Assembly: GCF_963921235.1 (NCBI RefSeq)
Contig: NC_086106.1
Location: forward strand, 19,654,001-19,718,000
Source of the DNA: Mobula hypostoma
Taxonomy: Eukaryota
Direction: 5' to 3'
Length of the DNA: 64,000 bases
Within the stretch, counting starts at the first letter, position 1, and each line of letters begins with the position of its first letter. The position numbers and the translations under genes are program-made. Below the pieces are notes generated by a model that saw only the letters and a list, made by a program, of their open reading frames with translations, ran no database searches and was not told the DNA's origin. Positions 36,301 to 48,916 of the stretch are shown here, piece after piece.

Positions 36301-36619
36301 AATACCTGATAGGGTGGAGGAGAAAGGTGGTTCAGTCTTCAGGGGAATTAAAACTATTGTAAATAATCATTAATCATCCTATTTGGATTAGTTATCCAGA
36401 GAGAGGGGAGAATGTGGATCTCTCCCGCAGAAGTGGATGTGGGGAAGGGGAACAGATGGAGAAGTTAACTCATTTGGACAAAGATGGGTGACTGGAAGTT
36501 CATGCACAAAATAAACAATGGGATGAAATAACTGGTCTGAACCTGCTCCTGTGCTGTATGTTTCTTTTAGGTCTGTGTAGTACCAGAGTTTCAGAAGGGA
36601 AACAAAATCTATTGAGTTA

Positions 36620-37290
36620 CCTTTCCTTCACCATGTTCCTCTCCCACTCTCTTTATCACTTCCTGGGACTTTCACTCTCCTGTTCCCACCAGACTCATTA
36701 GGGTCATTAATGATGGATGCCGGCTTTTTGAGGCATTGCCTTTTGAAGATGTCCTCAGTGCTGGGGAAGATGGTGCCCGTGATGGAGCTGGCTGAGTTTG
36801 CAACTCTCTGCAGCTTTTTCTGACCCTGTGCAGTGGCCTGTCTGTACCAGACGGTGATGCAACCACATCCAATGCTCTCCATAGTACATCTGTAGAAATT
36901 TGCTAGAGTATTTGGTGACATACCAAGTCATCTCAAACTCCCAATGAAATTTAACCTCTAATGTTCTTTCTTTGTCACTTCATCAACAAGTTGGACCCAG
37001 GATAGATCTTTAGCGATGTTGACAGCCGGGAATTTGAAACTGTTCGCCCTTTCCACTGCTGATCACTCAATGATACCTGGTGTGTCCCCACGTTACCTTC
37101 CCGAAGCCCACAATCAATTCATTATTCTTACTGACATTGAGTGAAGGTCATTGTTGTGACACCACTCAGCCAGCCGATTGATCTCACTTCTGTACCCCTC
37201 CTCGTCACCATCTGAGATTCTGCCAACAACAGACAAATGTGAAGATGGCATTTGAGCTGTGCCGAGCCACACAGTCATGGGTGTAGAGAC
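36620..37290 (-). mobile_element. Rex1/Babar-like LINE RT 3' fragment
   Basis: TLANFYRCTMESI..GCITVWY...KKLQRVANSASSITG. Confidence 0.7.
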
Positions 37291-37509
37291 CCCTGGCAGG
37301 TTTGGGTTCTTATAAATCCTTAGGACATATTTAAGCTAAAAGCCTCAATGTGCTGCAGTTAATGTGGAAAACAGGGATACCGAGGGGTGGATATTATACT
37401 GCTATGGAGTAGAGATCTAATTAGACCACATCCGGAGCACCGGCTGTGATTCTTGGCATCACCCCTCAGGAAGGATGTGTTTTCCTTGGAGAGGGGGTGT
37501 GTGGACGAA

Positions 37510-40020
37510 GCACAGTGAAGTGCTATTGGGACTGGGGATAGAATATTGGGTTTGGTCTCCTGTTCCGTGAAGTGTGGGATCTCCCTGTGGATGCTATCAA
37601 AAGTCTTTTCAAAGTCCTTGAAATTTATGTGCTGTTGTCTCTGCCTCTCTGTGCACTGCTCTATGATGTTACACAGCATGACGATCCAGTTGACAGAGCC
37701 TCTATTCCTCCGGAAGCCAAATTGTTCCTTCTTCAAGCACACATCTACAGCATCTGTAATCCACTGGACAATGACTTTGGTGAGACAAAAATGTGATGCT
37801 GCACCAGTTGTTGCAATCACTTAGTGCTCCTTTCTTGGGGATCCTAACTCCCTTTGTCCACTCCTTGGGCACTTGTTCCCATTCCCAGATTATAGTGAAC
37901 AGTGGATGCAGGATGACTGCTGCAACTTTTGGTTCAGCTTTGAACAGTTCAGCTCCAAATTGTCATGTTCTGGAGCTTTGCTGTATCTTGATGATTTAAT
38001 CACAGTAACAACCTCTTCTTTCGTGGGTGGATCTGCGTTGATGTCAAGGTCCTCTGCGTCTACTCAGTAGATCTCTGAAATATCCTGTCCATCGCGTTTT
38101 GTGCTTTTGTCAAAAGCAGAGCATTCTTACCTTCATGGGGCCACTGGATATGGCTTGAAACTTTCCACATACCAATTTTGAAACCTTGTCTATATTTTCC
38201 TAATCACGTTGACTGGCTGCTGCTGTGGCCACCATGAAAGGTCTTTCATGTAGACTCTCATATGCATTCTTAGAAGCTCTTCACTTTCTTGCTAGCTTCA
38301 GTGAATGCCAATTGAAGTTTCACCTTAGTTCATGTTGACTTTGCATTGAACACTTTCTTCCTAATTTTCCATCTTTCTTCTAAGCCTGTCCATGTTTCCT
38401 GCTGTATCCATTGTTTGTTTTTTCCCAGCTCTGTCATGTAGACAAACCTCACTTATCTCCTTGAACACTGACACAATCTGTTTTCACATTGTATTGATCT
38501 TGTCTCCTGACATATCCTTGTCAAGGTCTTCCAAGGCCTGAAACCTGTAATTAAGTTGAATGGTGACGGCAGATCACACACTGGTGTCCTTGAGCTTCTC
38601 AAGATCAAAACATCTTTGTACATGTTCTCTGGTCCCAGTTCTTCTCAGCATGAGTTTCATCACTGCTACAGCAAGGTGGTGACTACTTCCTGTATCTACT
38701 CCTCTTTTCACCTTTACATTCTGCAAGGATCATCTCTGCGCATCTGGATCTTGTCACTTCTATTGGGTGAGCACTATGTAAGTTTGTGGATTTCATGGTG
38801 TGGAGAGAGGGTCCCTGCTATGACCAGACAGTTCAAGGAACAGAATTCCACCGGTCTTTCACTATTGTTATTCATCGTTCGATATACCTATGTACCCATG
38901 ACCCTAGTGAAGTGTGAGTTGTTATTTCCCACTTTGCCATTTAGATCTCCCATGATGATGATTATGTCATGGCGTGGTGTTAACTCTTCCTCTGCTGTTT
39001 GTAGAAGATGTCCTTTCCCTCAATGTCACTATTATTATTTGGAGCACAGCACTGGATCACAGTCATGTTCACTTGCTTCACTCTCAGCCTGACTCTCACC
39101 AGCCGACTGTTGATTGGTTTTCACTCCAGCGGGCACTTCTCAATGCCTTTCTTCAAAATGACAGCTACACCATCATGATGCTGACCATCTTCCCTTCCTG
39201 AATATAAAACTGCTTCACCAGTTGTTGCCTTTAGTCTGCCAGACCCTGTCCATCTGCTTTCACTGACACCAGTGTATGTTGGCTGTAATGACGCATTACC
39301 GTGGTTATTTGTGTGAGCTTGCCTGTGTTGTACATGACCAACATTTTTGGTCTTGGTCTTGGTGAAATTCATGGCTTCCTTCACCATACCCACAGGGTCT
39401 TCTCAGTTTTCACTATTGTCAGCCATGCAAGCCCCAGGTGGTGACTAGGAAACACCATCACACTCAGATGTAGAAGGATTCTTCATTGCTGTTTCCATAA
39501 CTGTGATGAGTGTCCTTGACGAGGATGGTTTGGACCCAAATGCTGGAGTATCGGAAGCAAAGATCGAGACATGGTATCAGATTGGATTGAGAACTGAGTA
39601 CAAAACAAATGCTGACGATATCACTCATAGTGCTTACAATTGAGTGCCAAACATCAGTTCAACTGTTCTTTAAATACTCAATTCTTGGTGCCCAAAACAT
39701 GATTGCATATTAGCGGGATTATCCTGAATGTTAAGAGGCTGTAACCATCTATCCATACTCTAGAGAGTTAGAGTGTCTAAATCCTGGAAGCTGGCGCAAT
39801 TGGGACCATCTCGAAACAATAACAATTTTTCTTTTTGACGAGTCAGGTTCATTAACCCTGACCTGAAACTCTGAAACTGGAGGAACGATGGACCACTCTC
39901 AGTCTGCCCTCTTCCCTTTGACCTGTTTAGCATGGTTGAACCTACCAAGAGCTAAAGCACAAGGCACTGACTCAAGCAAACATAGATCGCTGGGTCACTG
40001 AGGCACTCAAGCCTCCAAAT
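37510..40020 (-). mobile_element. RTE-clade LINE, 5' UTR-endonuclease-RT N-terminal part
   Basis: GVSESRWTGSG...VLYSGREDGQHHDGVAVIL and KEQFGFRRNRGS...INFKDFEKTFDSIHRE. Confidence 0.8.
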
Positions 40021-41186
40021 CCTACAGCAAGGTTGTGGTCCTCTTGGAGGAAAACAAATGATTCACCAATTTGATTGGTGCCATGGTGGGATTGTTGTGT
40101 CAGGTGGATATAAAAGGTTTGGAAAATTCTGCACTATCTGTCCCAAAATTGATCCCTCAACCAGCATCACAGAATGTCAGACCTCTTTGTACCTCATTGC
40201 TGTTTCAGAGAGGTTGCTCCGTGTAGTCCAGATCCTACCTTCCCTCTGTGACAACAGAGACTCTACATCAAAAGGTACTTCATTGTCTGCAGATATCACT
40301 CTGGTTTGCCGTGGAGTCATGAAAGCTGCTGAGAGGGGGGAGCTTTGGTTTGATGAGTAAATCAATCAGCATGGTTTATACTTTACTGAGGATGCAAGAT
40401 TTGGGACACACAGTATTCCCATGAATAACCCACCATGCTGATCTGCATCTCGGATACCCTCCCCCCGTCAGTTTCCTTTCAATACGGACTGTTCAGCTGC
40501 ACTTGTCTGCCAACCCACTGGGGAGCATCCTGTTACCAGCAACAACAACTTCTCCAGTTGTGTGACTTCAGCTCCCGAGTTCCCTCATCAAACATTCTGT
40601 TCCTCTCACCGGCTGAAACAGGTCCAAGAGATTTTGTGGGGGAGAACTGCTGAGGGCTTGGCCATGAAATTCAGGGCCAGGTCCCTGAAAAAGAAAATGT
40701 CTTCTAAGTGTAAATTCCACCCACTTCCACCAGGAATCTCTGTTTAACATTGATTCTCGTGGTGTGGGTGCAGTCAGAAGATTGTGTAGTAACTCTTCTT
40801 GTTCTTAATACATTTTCCTGCAAAGGCAATCTCAGTCTGTGCCTCTATGGAGAATATCTGTCCACTGACGGGTGTTTCTCAGTCCCTGTCTCTCAGAGGG
40901 ATATCTGTCCACTGACCGGTGTCTCTCATTCTCTCTCGCTGGGATTCTGTGTGTCTCAGTTTACACAAACTGTTCATCGCTGAAATTGATGGATCGAGCA
41001 GAGTGTGACAGATCTTTAATCCGGATCTGGTCACGGCCGCTGACCTGCCGCCTGTTGCAGAGACAAACATCTTATGGGGAATTGAAATCGCTGCTGTGGG
41101 TGGGGACAGGAAGCTGCGCCTCTGGTTTCAGTGTGTGAGAGCCTGTTCAAACCGCGGCTCCCTCTCTCACTCACAGCCCACGTCCC

Positions 41187-41194
41187 TATTTAAA
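41187..41194 (+). promoter_or_regulatory. Candidate TATA-like box of the VH promoter
   Basis: TATTTAAA about 90 bp upstream of the leader ATG, with CAGGAAG (ETS-like) near 41107. No ATGCAAAT octamer was seen. Confidence 0.5.
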
Positions 41195-41282
41195 CAGCGC
41201 TCACTGCGGCTCCGGACAAAGCCGGCCTGAGCTGCAGTAGCCGATCTCAAAAGTGTCCAAGTCCGGCTCAGTGCTCAGGGCG

Positions 41283-41328
41283 ATGGGGGTCGTTCCTTAT
41301 CTCTGTCTCCTCCTGTCTTGTCTGGCAG
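41283..41328 (+). CDS. IgW: Ig heavy-chain leader exon
   Basis: MGVVPYLCLLLSCLA(G), a GT donor at 41329, a 109-bp intron and an AG acceptor at 41436-41437. Confidence 0.9.
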
Positions 41329-41437
41329 GTGGGTGTCCCGCGGCTTGTCGCCCAACCGCGACCGGCTGTTTCTCGGAGGATTTGCGAATCTCTACCCGTG
41401 TAACATTTTATTAATTTCTGCTCTGTTTTATTGACAG

Positions 41438-41735
41438 GAGTGCGGTCCGACATCGTGCTGACACAGCCCGAGTCAGCGGTGGTAAAGCCCGGGCAGTCCC
41501 ACAGACTGACCTGTGCGGTCAGTGGGTTCAGCCTCAGCAGCAGTAGCATACACTGGGTGAAACAGGTCTCCGGGAAAGGGCTGGAGTGGTTGTTATGGCA
41601 TCATACTGGAAGTACCAAGTACTACGCGCCAGGAGTCCAGAGCCGGGTCACTGTTTCCATGGACAGCAGCAACTTTTATCTGTAAATGAACAACCTGAGA
41701 CTGGACGACACGGCCACCTATTACTGTGCGAGAGG
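41438..41735 (+). pseudogene. IgW: Ig VH segment with in-frame stop in FR3
   Basis: DIVLTQPES...LTCAVSGFSLSSSSIHWVKQVSGKGLEWL...FYL*MNNLRLDDTATYYCAR, with TAA at 41683-41685 (probably from CAA). Confidence 0.95.
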
Positions 41736-41774
41736 CACAGTAAGAGAGACCGGGACTGGACCGGGACAAAAACC
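41736..41774 (+). other. 23-bp-spacer recombination signal sequence of VH
   Basis: CACAGTA + 23 nt + ACAAAAACC. Confidence 0.95.
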
Positions 41775-42143
41775 CAGCGAGAGCGCCTGCCCTTCGGGCG
41801 CTGAGGGAAAGGACAGCAGTGATCGCCACAGCTGTATCCCGGTCGTTCGGGGCCACATCCACTCGTCCACGCAATGGAAGGCGGGTTGTCAGCGGGGATT
41901 CCCGAGAAGAGATGCTGGACGGATGGACCGAGGGGCTCAGCGGATCACTTCAGAGGGGAGCTCCGAGCCAAGCGCCGTGAGTGGGAATGGGGTCACCGAT
42001 CGACCTGGTCAGGTGTTGGTCCGTCGTCTCACGTGACAGTAAATGGTGTGGCTATGAGGAACATTAATGATCAGAGACACTTTGGTATTCCAGTGCGGTT
42101 TCACTGAGGAGTGACTGTGCTGGGAGACAGTGAGGGGGACGGA

Positions 42144-42171
42144 GGTTATTGTACGGCGGTGTATCACTGTG
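42144..42171 (+). other. 12-bp-spacer recombination signal sequence 5' of the DJ segment
   Basis: GGTTATTGT + ACGGCGGTGTAT (12 nt) + CACTGTG. Confidence 0.92.
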
Positions 42172-42231
42172 ACGGTGACTACAGTATTATTGACTACTGG
42201 GGCGGAGGAACCTCGCTGACAGTGACTTCAG
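42172..42231 (+). CDS. IgW: JH segment with D-like 5' extension (probable germline-joined D-J)
   Basis: (D)GDYSIIDYWGGGTSLTVTS, then G|GTAAG donor. It is 60 nt long and directly preceded by a 12-RSS. Confidence 0.85.
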
Positions 42232-43449
42232 GTAAGACCAACTTCTCAATTGTATCTTCACGCACTAGTATTTTATTTATTTACGGTTTTGGCGAATTCG
42301 GCGATTCACCTGAAATCAGTGAGATATTTAGCGCAAGTACAGGAATCTCCCCGAACCGGCGGGTTTCTCTGGAGCCCAGTAACAGTACAAGGGTACATAC
42401 CCCACCCACCAGTGAACTGTCCACAGACCGGGAACAGGCTCAGGGGAATGGGGTCGGATCTTGTCACCAGACTGTGCCTTGACACCGGCCGATTGTGCTG
42501 AGTGAGCTCAGTGTTTGGTTCGAGTCTGGTTTCTGATCCTCAGCACCAACTGAAGCCACGTTCAGGAGCTGCGCGTTTCAGTGCAGTTGAACTTGTTCCC
42601 TGTCAGTGACAACAATGGATCTGTTCAGTGTCCAGTTATTGGGATCGGGTTTTACTGTCGGCTGCTTTCATGTTGAAGGCAATGGGATTAAGATAATCTA
42701 AGGGAATGGTGTACACATGTATGATCTGGTTGATGGCTCAATATCCCCAGGGTACAGTCGGTGTCAGTCCCATCATGTAATGTCCGGCCTGAGGTCCGTC
42801 CCGCGATACAGCAAAAGTATCGGCGATATCCCAGGATTAATTGATGGGATTAATGTTTTAGTTTTATTCCCAGATGGGTGAGGAGTTGGGGTACGGTGGG
42901 GAAGAATTTTGGGGTTGGGAAGGCAGTGGGGAAGTCGTGCAGGAAAGGTATGGCCGGGAATTGAAATCACAATTCCTTCACACATTCCGGGCAGCCTTTC
43001 ATTGGTGGGTGGGGGAGTGGGGAGTGGTGCAGGTGGGGTGGGGAGGGAAGCGTTCAAGTCAATAATGTGTAATAGGGGAGTATTTAAGGGAAGGTTTGTG
43101 ATCTGGAACACACTGCCTGAATGATGGTGGTGGCTAATAGTGAGTGTAGAGAGGGAAAAGGAGGAGGTCCGCCTTTTGTGGGGATACAGGGAAGAGCAGA
43201 GAGACCAATGGGTTTATTGGGTTTGCTCAGCTAAAGGGAAGCACAGACACTATCGGATGAATGGCCTCACTCTCTGCTCTGTCATTCAATGGAATCAGTA
43301 TTTATCTTGTAAATCTGGGAAATTCTTCCTCAAAGGGATTCCATCAATCACCTCAGGGTACACAGAGCATGAATTAAATGCAGATTACAGTTTCCATGTC
43401 CTAGAAAAACCTACAGCACACAATGATGTGTCAAACATGTACATAATTT

Positions 43450-43790
43450 AGAAAATACCTAGGGTTACCCTCTGTTTTTCTAAGCTCCATGTACCTATCC
43501 AGGAGTCTCTTAAAAGACCCTATCATATCTACCTCCACCACCATTGCTGGCAGTCAATTCCATGCACCCACCACTCTCTGCGAAAAAAGCTTACCCCTGA
43601 CATCTCCTCTGTACCTACTTCCAAGCACGTTAAAACTGTGTCCTCTCATGTTAACCATTTCAGACCTGGGAAAAAGCCTCTCGATATCCACATGATCAAT
43701 GCCTCTCATCATCTTATATACCTCTATCAAGTCACCTCTCATCCTACGATGCTCCGAGGAGAAAACGCCAAATTCACTCAACCTATTCCA
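43450..43790 (-). mobile_element. CR1 3' fragment in the J-CH1 intron
   Basis: Closely matches 22610-22960 and encodes MRGDLIEVYKMMRGIDHVD. Confidence 0.8.
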
Positions 43791-44806
43791 GGCAGCCACG
43801 GATTAGATACAAAGATCTTTCTGCACTGTCCCATCCCTCCAGGACAGGGGCAGCAGAGGTTAGACACAGAGTGAAGCTTCCCCCAACCTGTCCCATCACA
43901 CACTCACGGGACACGGGTTTAACTTTACTGTTCAAATGAACTGCTTATTTTCAGTTCACAGACAGAGCAACTGCTCTAATTTCTTGCCCTCCTCCATCCC
44001 CCGACTGGGTTTGTTTAACAAGTGCTTTCCTACATTAACCAGTGTTGCTGGTGATTCAGTAAAAGTGGTTGTGAGATAAAGTGCTGACATTTACTGAACA
44101 CCTTTCATGGTGTTCCCGAGCTCTTCACAGGCAATGAAGTAGTTTCAAAGTTCAGCCCTGTTGTAGAGTCGGGAATGTGGAGCCACCCTGCACACAGCAG
44201 AATCCACAAACTGCAAGGCGAGAACGATCAGACAGTCTGTTCTGGTGATGTTGTTGAAGGAGAAATATTGTCCAGGACACCGTGAACATAGTGATCCAAT
44301 GGACAGGCACAAGGTGGATTCGGAGTGATGGGAAACAAGGCAGTACATCAAAGCAGATGAGTAGTGCAGAGGGATGGATGAACAGTCCACGGATACCACC
44401 ACAACAAAACTGACAAATTTAAACTCAGTTCATAATAATCTGCAACAGATTTGGATCTGTGGTCTGATTTCTAACATCTTAACAATTGTATTGTTTTTAA
44501 ATCTAGTCATTAGTAACGATGACCCTTCAGTTTTACTGATGTCCCTTGCGAAGGAGAGCTCTCATCCTTACCCTTCGAGCCTATTTAGGACTCCTGACCC
44601 ATCAATGTGTTTGTTTCCAAATGCCTCTGAATGGCAGCTCAGATGTGTAATTCATTCAGACTTTACCGGCAAAGCCCAGATCCCAAAAATGAATATATAA
44701 ATAAATTTGCCTATCTGTTGTTCTAACTACTTACTACAATACAGACTAAAATCAGAACGAATCTTCCCTGATCTGCTGATTCACTATCGATCATTTTAGA
44801 CAAATA

Positions 44807-44947
44807 CCCAGCGCCCTGTGACCCATGCAGATCCAGTTCCCCTCTTCACCCCAGCACCCTGTGACCCACCCAGATCCAGTTCCCATCTTCACCCCAGCAC
44901 CCTGTGACCCACCCAGGTCCAGTTCCCCTCTTCACCCCAGCACCCTG
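44807..44947 (+). repeat. 43-bp minisatellite, about 3.3 copies
   Basis: Unit CCCAGCACCCTGTGACCCACCCAGATCCAGTTCCCCTCTTCAC. Confidence 0.9.
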
Positions 44948-45479
44948 CTGTCAGTTTGATAGGTGTTTTTATGAAGACCCAGAAGAACAATGATCCAGAC
45001 AGAACTGTACTTACCACCTGCTGGTCCGGGGATGTAAAAGATCCTCAGCTGCAAATCTCACCGACTGACATTATTGTGCCTCCTGCACTGCCAACACTGA
45101 GCAGCTCAGGGAACATCTGTGGGGTGAGAAACAGAGTTAATGTTTCACATCAGTGACCTTTCACCAGACTCTGTCAGTCTGATTTCTGGCAACTACGCTG
45201 TTTCTGGTTTTATTTTACTGTATTTATTTTAATGAAAACTATTTGTTTTTCATTGACTTCTCCAACCCCAGAACATCGCAGAGCCTTTCCCAACCCAGCA
45301 AGTACTTCTGCAGTGTGTCACTTCATATGGGTGACTAAACATCCAACTTGTCTGCAACTTGTTCACACAAACTGAACTACAACATGACAATCTAGTCTGT
45401 TTGGGTGATGTTGGAAGGGAATGGTCACTCTTAGCGTACAATTCCTAAAGCTCCCCACCACTGGGAAATCCTCATTTGA

Positions 45480-46210
45480 TGTCTCAAAGTTCAAAGTAAA
45501 ATTTATTATCGGAATACATACATGTCATCACATACAACCCTCAGATTCATTTTCTTGTGGGCATACTCAGCAAATCTATAGAATCGTAACTGTAAACAGG
45601 ATCAATGAAACAGCAAGAGCACAGAAGACAATAAACTGTTGAAATGCAACCCTAAATAAACAGCAATAAATAATAAGAGCATGAAATAACAAGATAGAGT
45701 CCATAAAGTGAGATCATTGATTGTGGGCACATCTCAATAGATGAATATAAGTATCCTCTTTTGTTGAAGAGCCTGATGGTTGAGGGGTAGTAACTGTTCC
45801 TAAACCTGGTGGTGTGAGTTCTGAGGCTCGTGGTCCTTCTGCCCTGATGACAGCAGTGAGAAAAGAGCCTGGCCTGGGTGGTGAGGATCTTTCATGATAG
45901 ATGCTGCTTTCTTATGACAGCATTTCATGTAGATGTGCTCAGTGGTTGGGAAGGCTTTACCCATTATGTACTGAGCTGAATCCATGATCTCTTGTAGAAT
46001 TTTCCATTCAAAGGCATTGGTGTTCCCATACCAGGCCATAATGCAGCCAGTCAATACACTTTCCACTACACATCTATAGAAGTTTATCAAGGTTTTCGAC
46101 ATCATGTCAAATCTCTGCAGACTCCTGAGGAGAAGTAGAGGCACTGTCCTGTTTCCTCTGCAATTACATTTATATGCTGGGCCCAGGACAGGTCCTCTGA
46201 GATAGTGACA
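45480..46210 (-). mobile_element. Rex1/Babar-like LINE 3' end
   Basis: TLINFYRCVVESVLTGCIMAWYG...IMKDPHHPGQALFSLL plus 3' UTR. Confidence 0.7.
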
Positions 46211-46799
46211 CCCAGGAATTCAAAGTTACTGACTGTGCAGTAGATGAACAGATAGACACAAATTACTGATGATCATCCTGATGGTCCCAGGCCTTTGGTC
46301 CCGTAACTCCCTTGTTGTCAGGGGTTGACGCTGATAAACAGCAGTGAGGTTCCTCAGACCACAGCTGACCATCCCTTTCCCCAGCTGCTGAGTATGAGGG
46401 AAGCTGACGATGCTGTGGTTTGAATGGTGCTGGCTGTAGCTGGCATTTCCAAAGTGAACCATTCACCAGTCTTCAGTCACTTACACTGGAGTAGTCTCAC
46501 AGTTCCACAGACCACTGTACTCCGGGATTTACTGAGTGACAGATGCCACTGGAACTGTCACCACACTCCACCACATGACACGTGGCCTTGCTGGAGTTCC
46601 CAGGATTAAACTGTGGATTCCACCTCAGTGATTCCCTCACAGACTAGACTTGTCAAAGGATCACAGTCACCATTCCTCTGACTGTGATTCTTGGCCTGGT
46701 GTGTCGGGAAGTTATTTGGGTTGTAATTTCCACAGGAGAATTTAGTTGAAATTCTTTCTCAGTTACACGTCTTTAATTTTGAGGCAGTATCAGATGCAT

Positions 46800-47535
46800 T
46801 TTGTAGCATCAAAGATGCAGAGGGACTTTGGAGTCCTCATGCAAAACTCCCGGAGGTTAATTTACAGGTTGAGTCCGTGGTAAAGAATGCAAATGCAATG
46901 TTGGCATCCATTTCAAGGGGAATAGAATATAAAAGCAAGGAAATAATGCTGAGCCTTTATAAGACACTAGTCAGACCACACTTAGAGTATCGTCAAGTGT
47001 TTTGGGCTCCATATCTCAGAAAGGATGTGCTGTTATTGGAGAGAGTCCAGAGGAGTTCACGAGGATCATTCCGGGAATGAAGGGGTTAACATATCGGCAC
47101 ATTTGGCAGCTTTGAGCCTGTACTCACTGGAATTTAGAAGAATGTAGGGGAATCTCATTGAAACCTACCGAATGTTGAAGGGACTGGATCAGGTGGATAT
47201 GGAGAGGATGTTTCATATGATGGGGATATCCAGAACGAGACAGCACAGCCTGAAAATTGAGGGGTGACCCCTAAGAATGGAAGTAACGAGGAACTTTTTC
47301 AGTCAGCGCAGTCTGTGGAATGCTCTGCCACAGACTGTGGTGGAAGCCAGGTCCATGCGTGTATTTAAGGTGGAATTTGATCATTTCTTGGTCGGTCAGG
47401 GTATCACAGGATATGGCGAGAAGGCAAGTGTACGGGGTTCAGTGGGATCCGGGATCAGCCATGATGGAATGGTGGAGCAGACTCAATGGGCTGAATGGCC
47501 TAATTCTGCTCCTATGTCTTACAGTCTTATGGTCT
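46800..47535 (+). mobile_element. CR1 3' fragment
   Basis: LSLYKTLVRPHLEY...LERVQR, with the CR1 3' end aatggcctaattctgctcctatgtctt. Confidence 0.8.
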
Positions 47536-48622
47536 GACGGTAGTCTGTTCAGTTGAATTTCAGAAGCAGAGACCATTAGACACTTACCACTATATCACAC
47601 AGATGGTGTTGGAGACAAGGTACAGATATCCACACAAGGGTTACTTCAGACTCAACATCAATACTGAACAAATCATAGTTATTCAAATAAACTACTGCTA
47701 AATGTTTACTTTTTCTGCAAACTCCAGCAATCTGGTGCTAATAGACTTCTAAGAATCAGGAATTATATTTGGGGAAGAGACAAGGTAAAACTTTGATATT
47801 TTGTCTGAAATCCAACACATGGGACATTGGATGACTGTCTCAGTATGGCTGTGGGTGGGTTGTTGGGTCACACTTGTGACTGTGTGTTCAAACCTCCACT
47901 GTGAGACTGATCCATAGCCTCCGAGCTCAGTGACACAGATTCCCAGCTGGGTGTTGAAATGGTGAGAGTTTAGTTTAATAGGGTGTATAATTTTGGAAAT
48001 TACTGGTTTATAAACAGTACTGTGCAAAAATCTTGTGCACATGTATATTGCTAGTGTGCTAAAACTTTTTCATAATAACATATTTATCAATGTGGAGCAG
48101 AGAGTGAGTTTGTAAATCTGGCGAGAGCAAAGGATGTTGGGAATGGTGAGGGTGGAGCACCGCGGGAAGGGCAGACACTCCCAACACTGAGAAGGACAGG
48201 TGACAGAGAAGGAATGGCAGGGGCAGGGCTCGGCATGGGTGCAGACACTCCCAACACTGAGACAACAGGCAAGGTCATTTGATTCCAAACTATTGGTTTA
48301 TTGATCTTTCCAGAATGTCTCTCTGATGCTTCCCACTCGCTCCCATTTCCCACTCTCAGTCCACAATAGAGACCCACATCAGAATCAGGTTTATCCTCAC
48401 TCCCATCTGTCATGAAATTTGTTTTTGTTTAGTGGCAGAGGTTCAGTGCAATACATAAAGTTACTACTGTGTGTGTTGGGGCGGGGGGGGGGGGTAGTCC
48501 AGCTATGCGGCTAAGACTTCAGCACAGTACTGTAGTAATTGTAGTGGATAACATGTCTCCTTCTTTGTCTGCCAGTAATGCATTTATTTACAGAAACTTC
48601 TGTGAATTTCTTTCCATTTCAG

Positions 48623-48916
48623 ATGTCAAGTCCATACCATCAGTCTACATCACTCCTTCCTGTAACACAGAATCTGACCAAAAGATCAGTCTCCTCTGTC
48701 TGGTCAAGGACTATCAGCCTGAGAGCATCAGTCAGACATGGTCCACTAACAGTGGGGACATCACCACTGGAATCAAGAAATACCCGGCAGTGTTGGGGCA
48801 AAATTCAAAGTACACGATGAGCAGCTTGCTCGAAGTCTCTGCGGCAGACTGGAAGAAGAATAAACTCTACTCCTGCAAGGCGGGGAGTGTGACAGCAGAG
48901 TTCCAGAAACCTCAAT
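48623..48916 (+). CDS. IgW: IgW CH1 exon (open)
   Basis: (D)VKSIPSVYITPSC...ISLLCLVKDYQPESISQTW...YTMSSLLEVSAADWKKNKLYSCKAG. TTTCAG acceptor and GTTAGT donor, phase 1-1. Confidence 0.92.

Noticed and set aside
42113-42132. GACTGTG-CTGGGA-GACAGTG as a relic D segment
   Set aside because: Both heptamers lack the essential CAC and no nonamer lies at 12 or 23 nt, though a decayed D cannot be fully excluded.
42172-42182. ACGGTGACTAC matches the core of a mammalian DH4 segment
   Set aside because: An 11-nt coincidence. All flanking sequence is chondrichthyan IgW-like, so contamination is unlikely.
32136-44947. 25-bp (32136-32253) and 43-bp (44807-44947) arrays as CRISPR-like
   Set aside because: Head-to-tail repeats with no unique spacers in eukaryotic DNA, so ordinary minisatellites.
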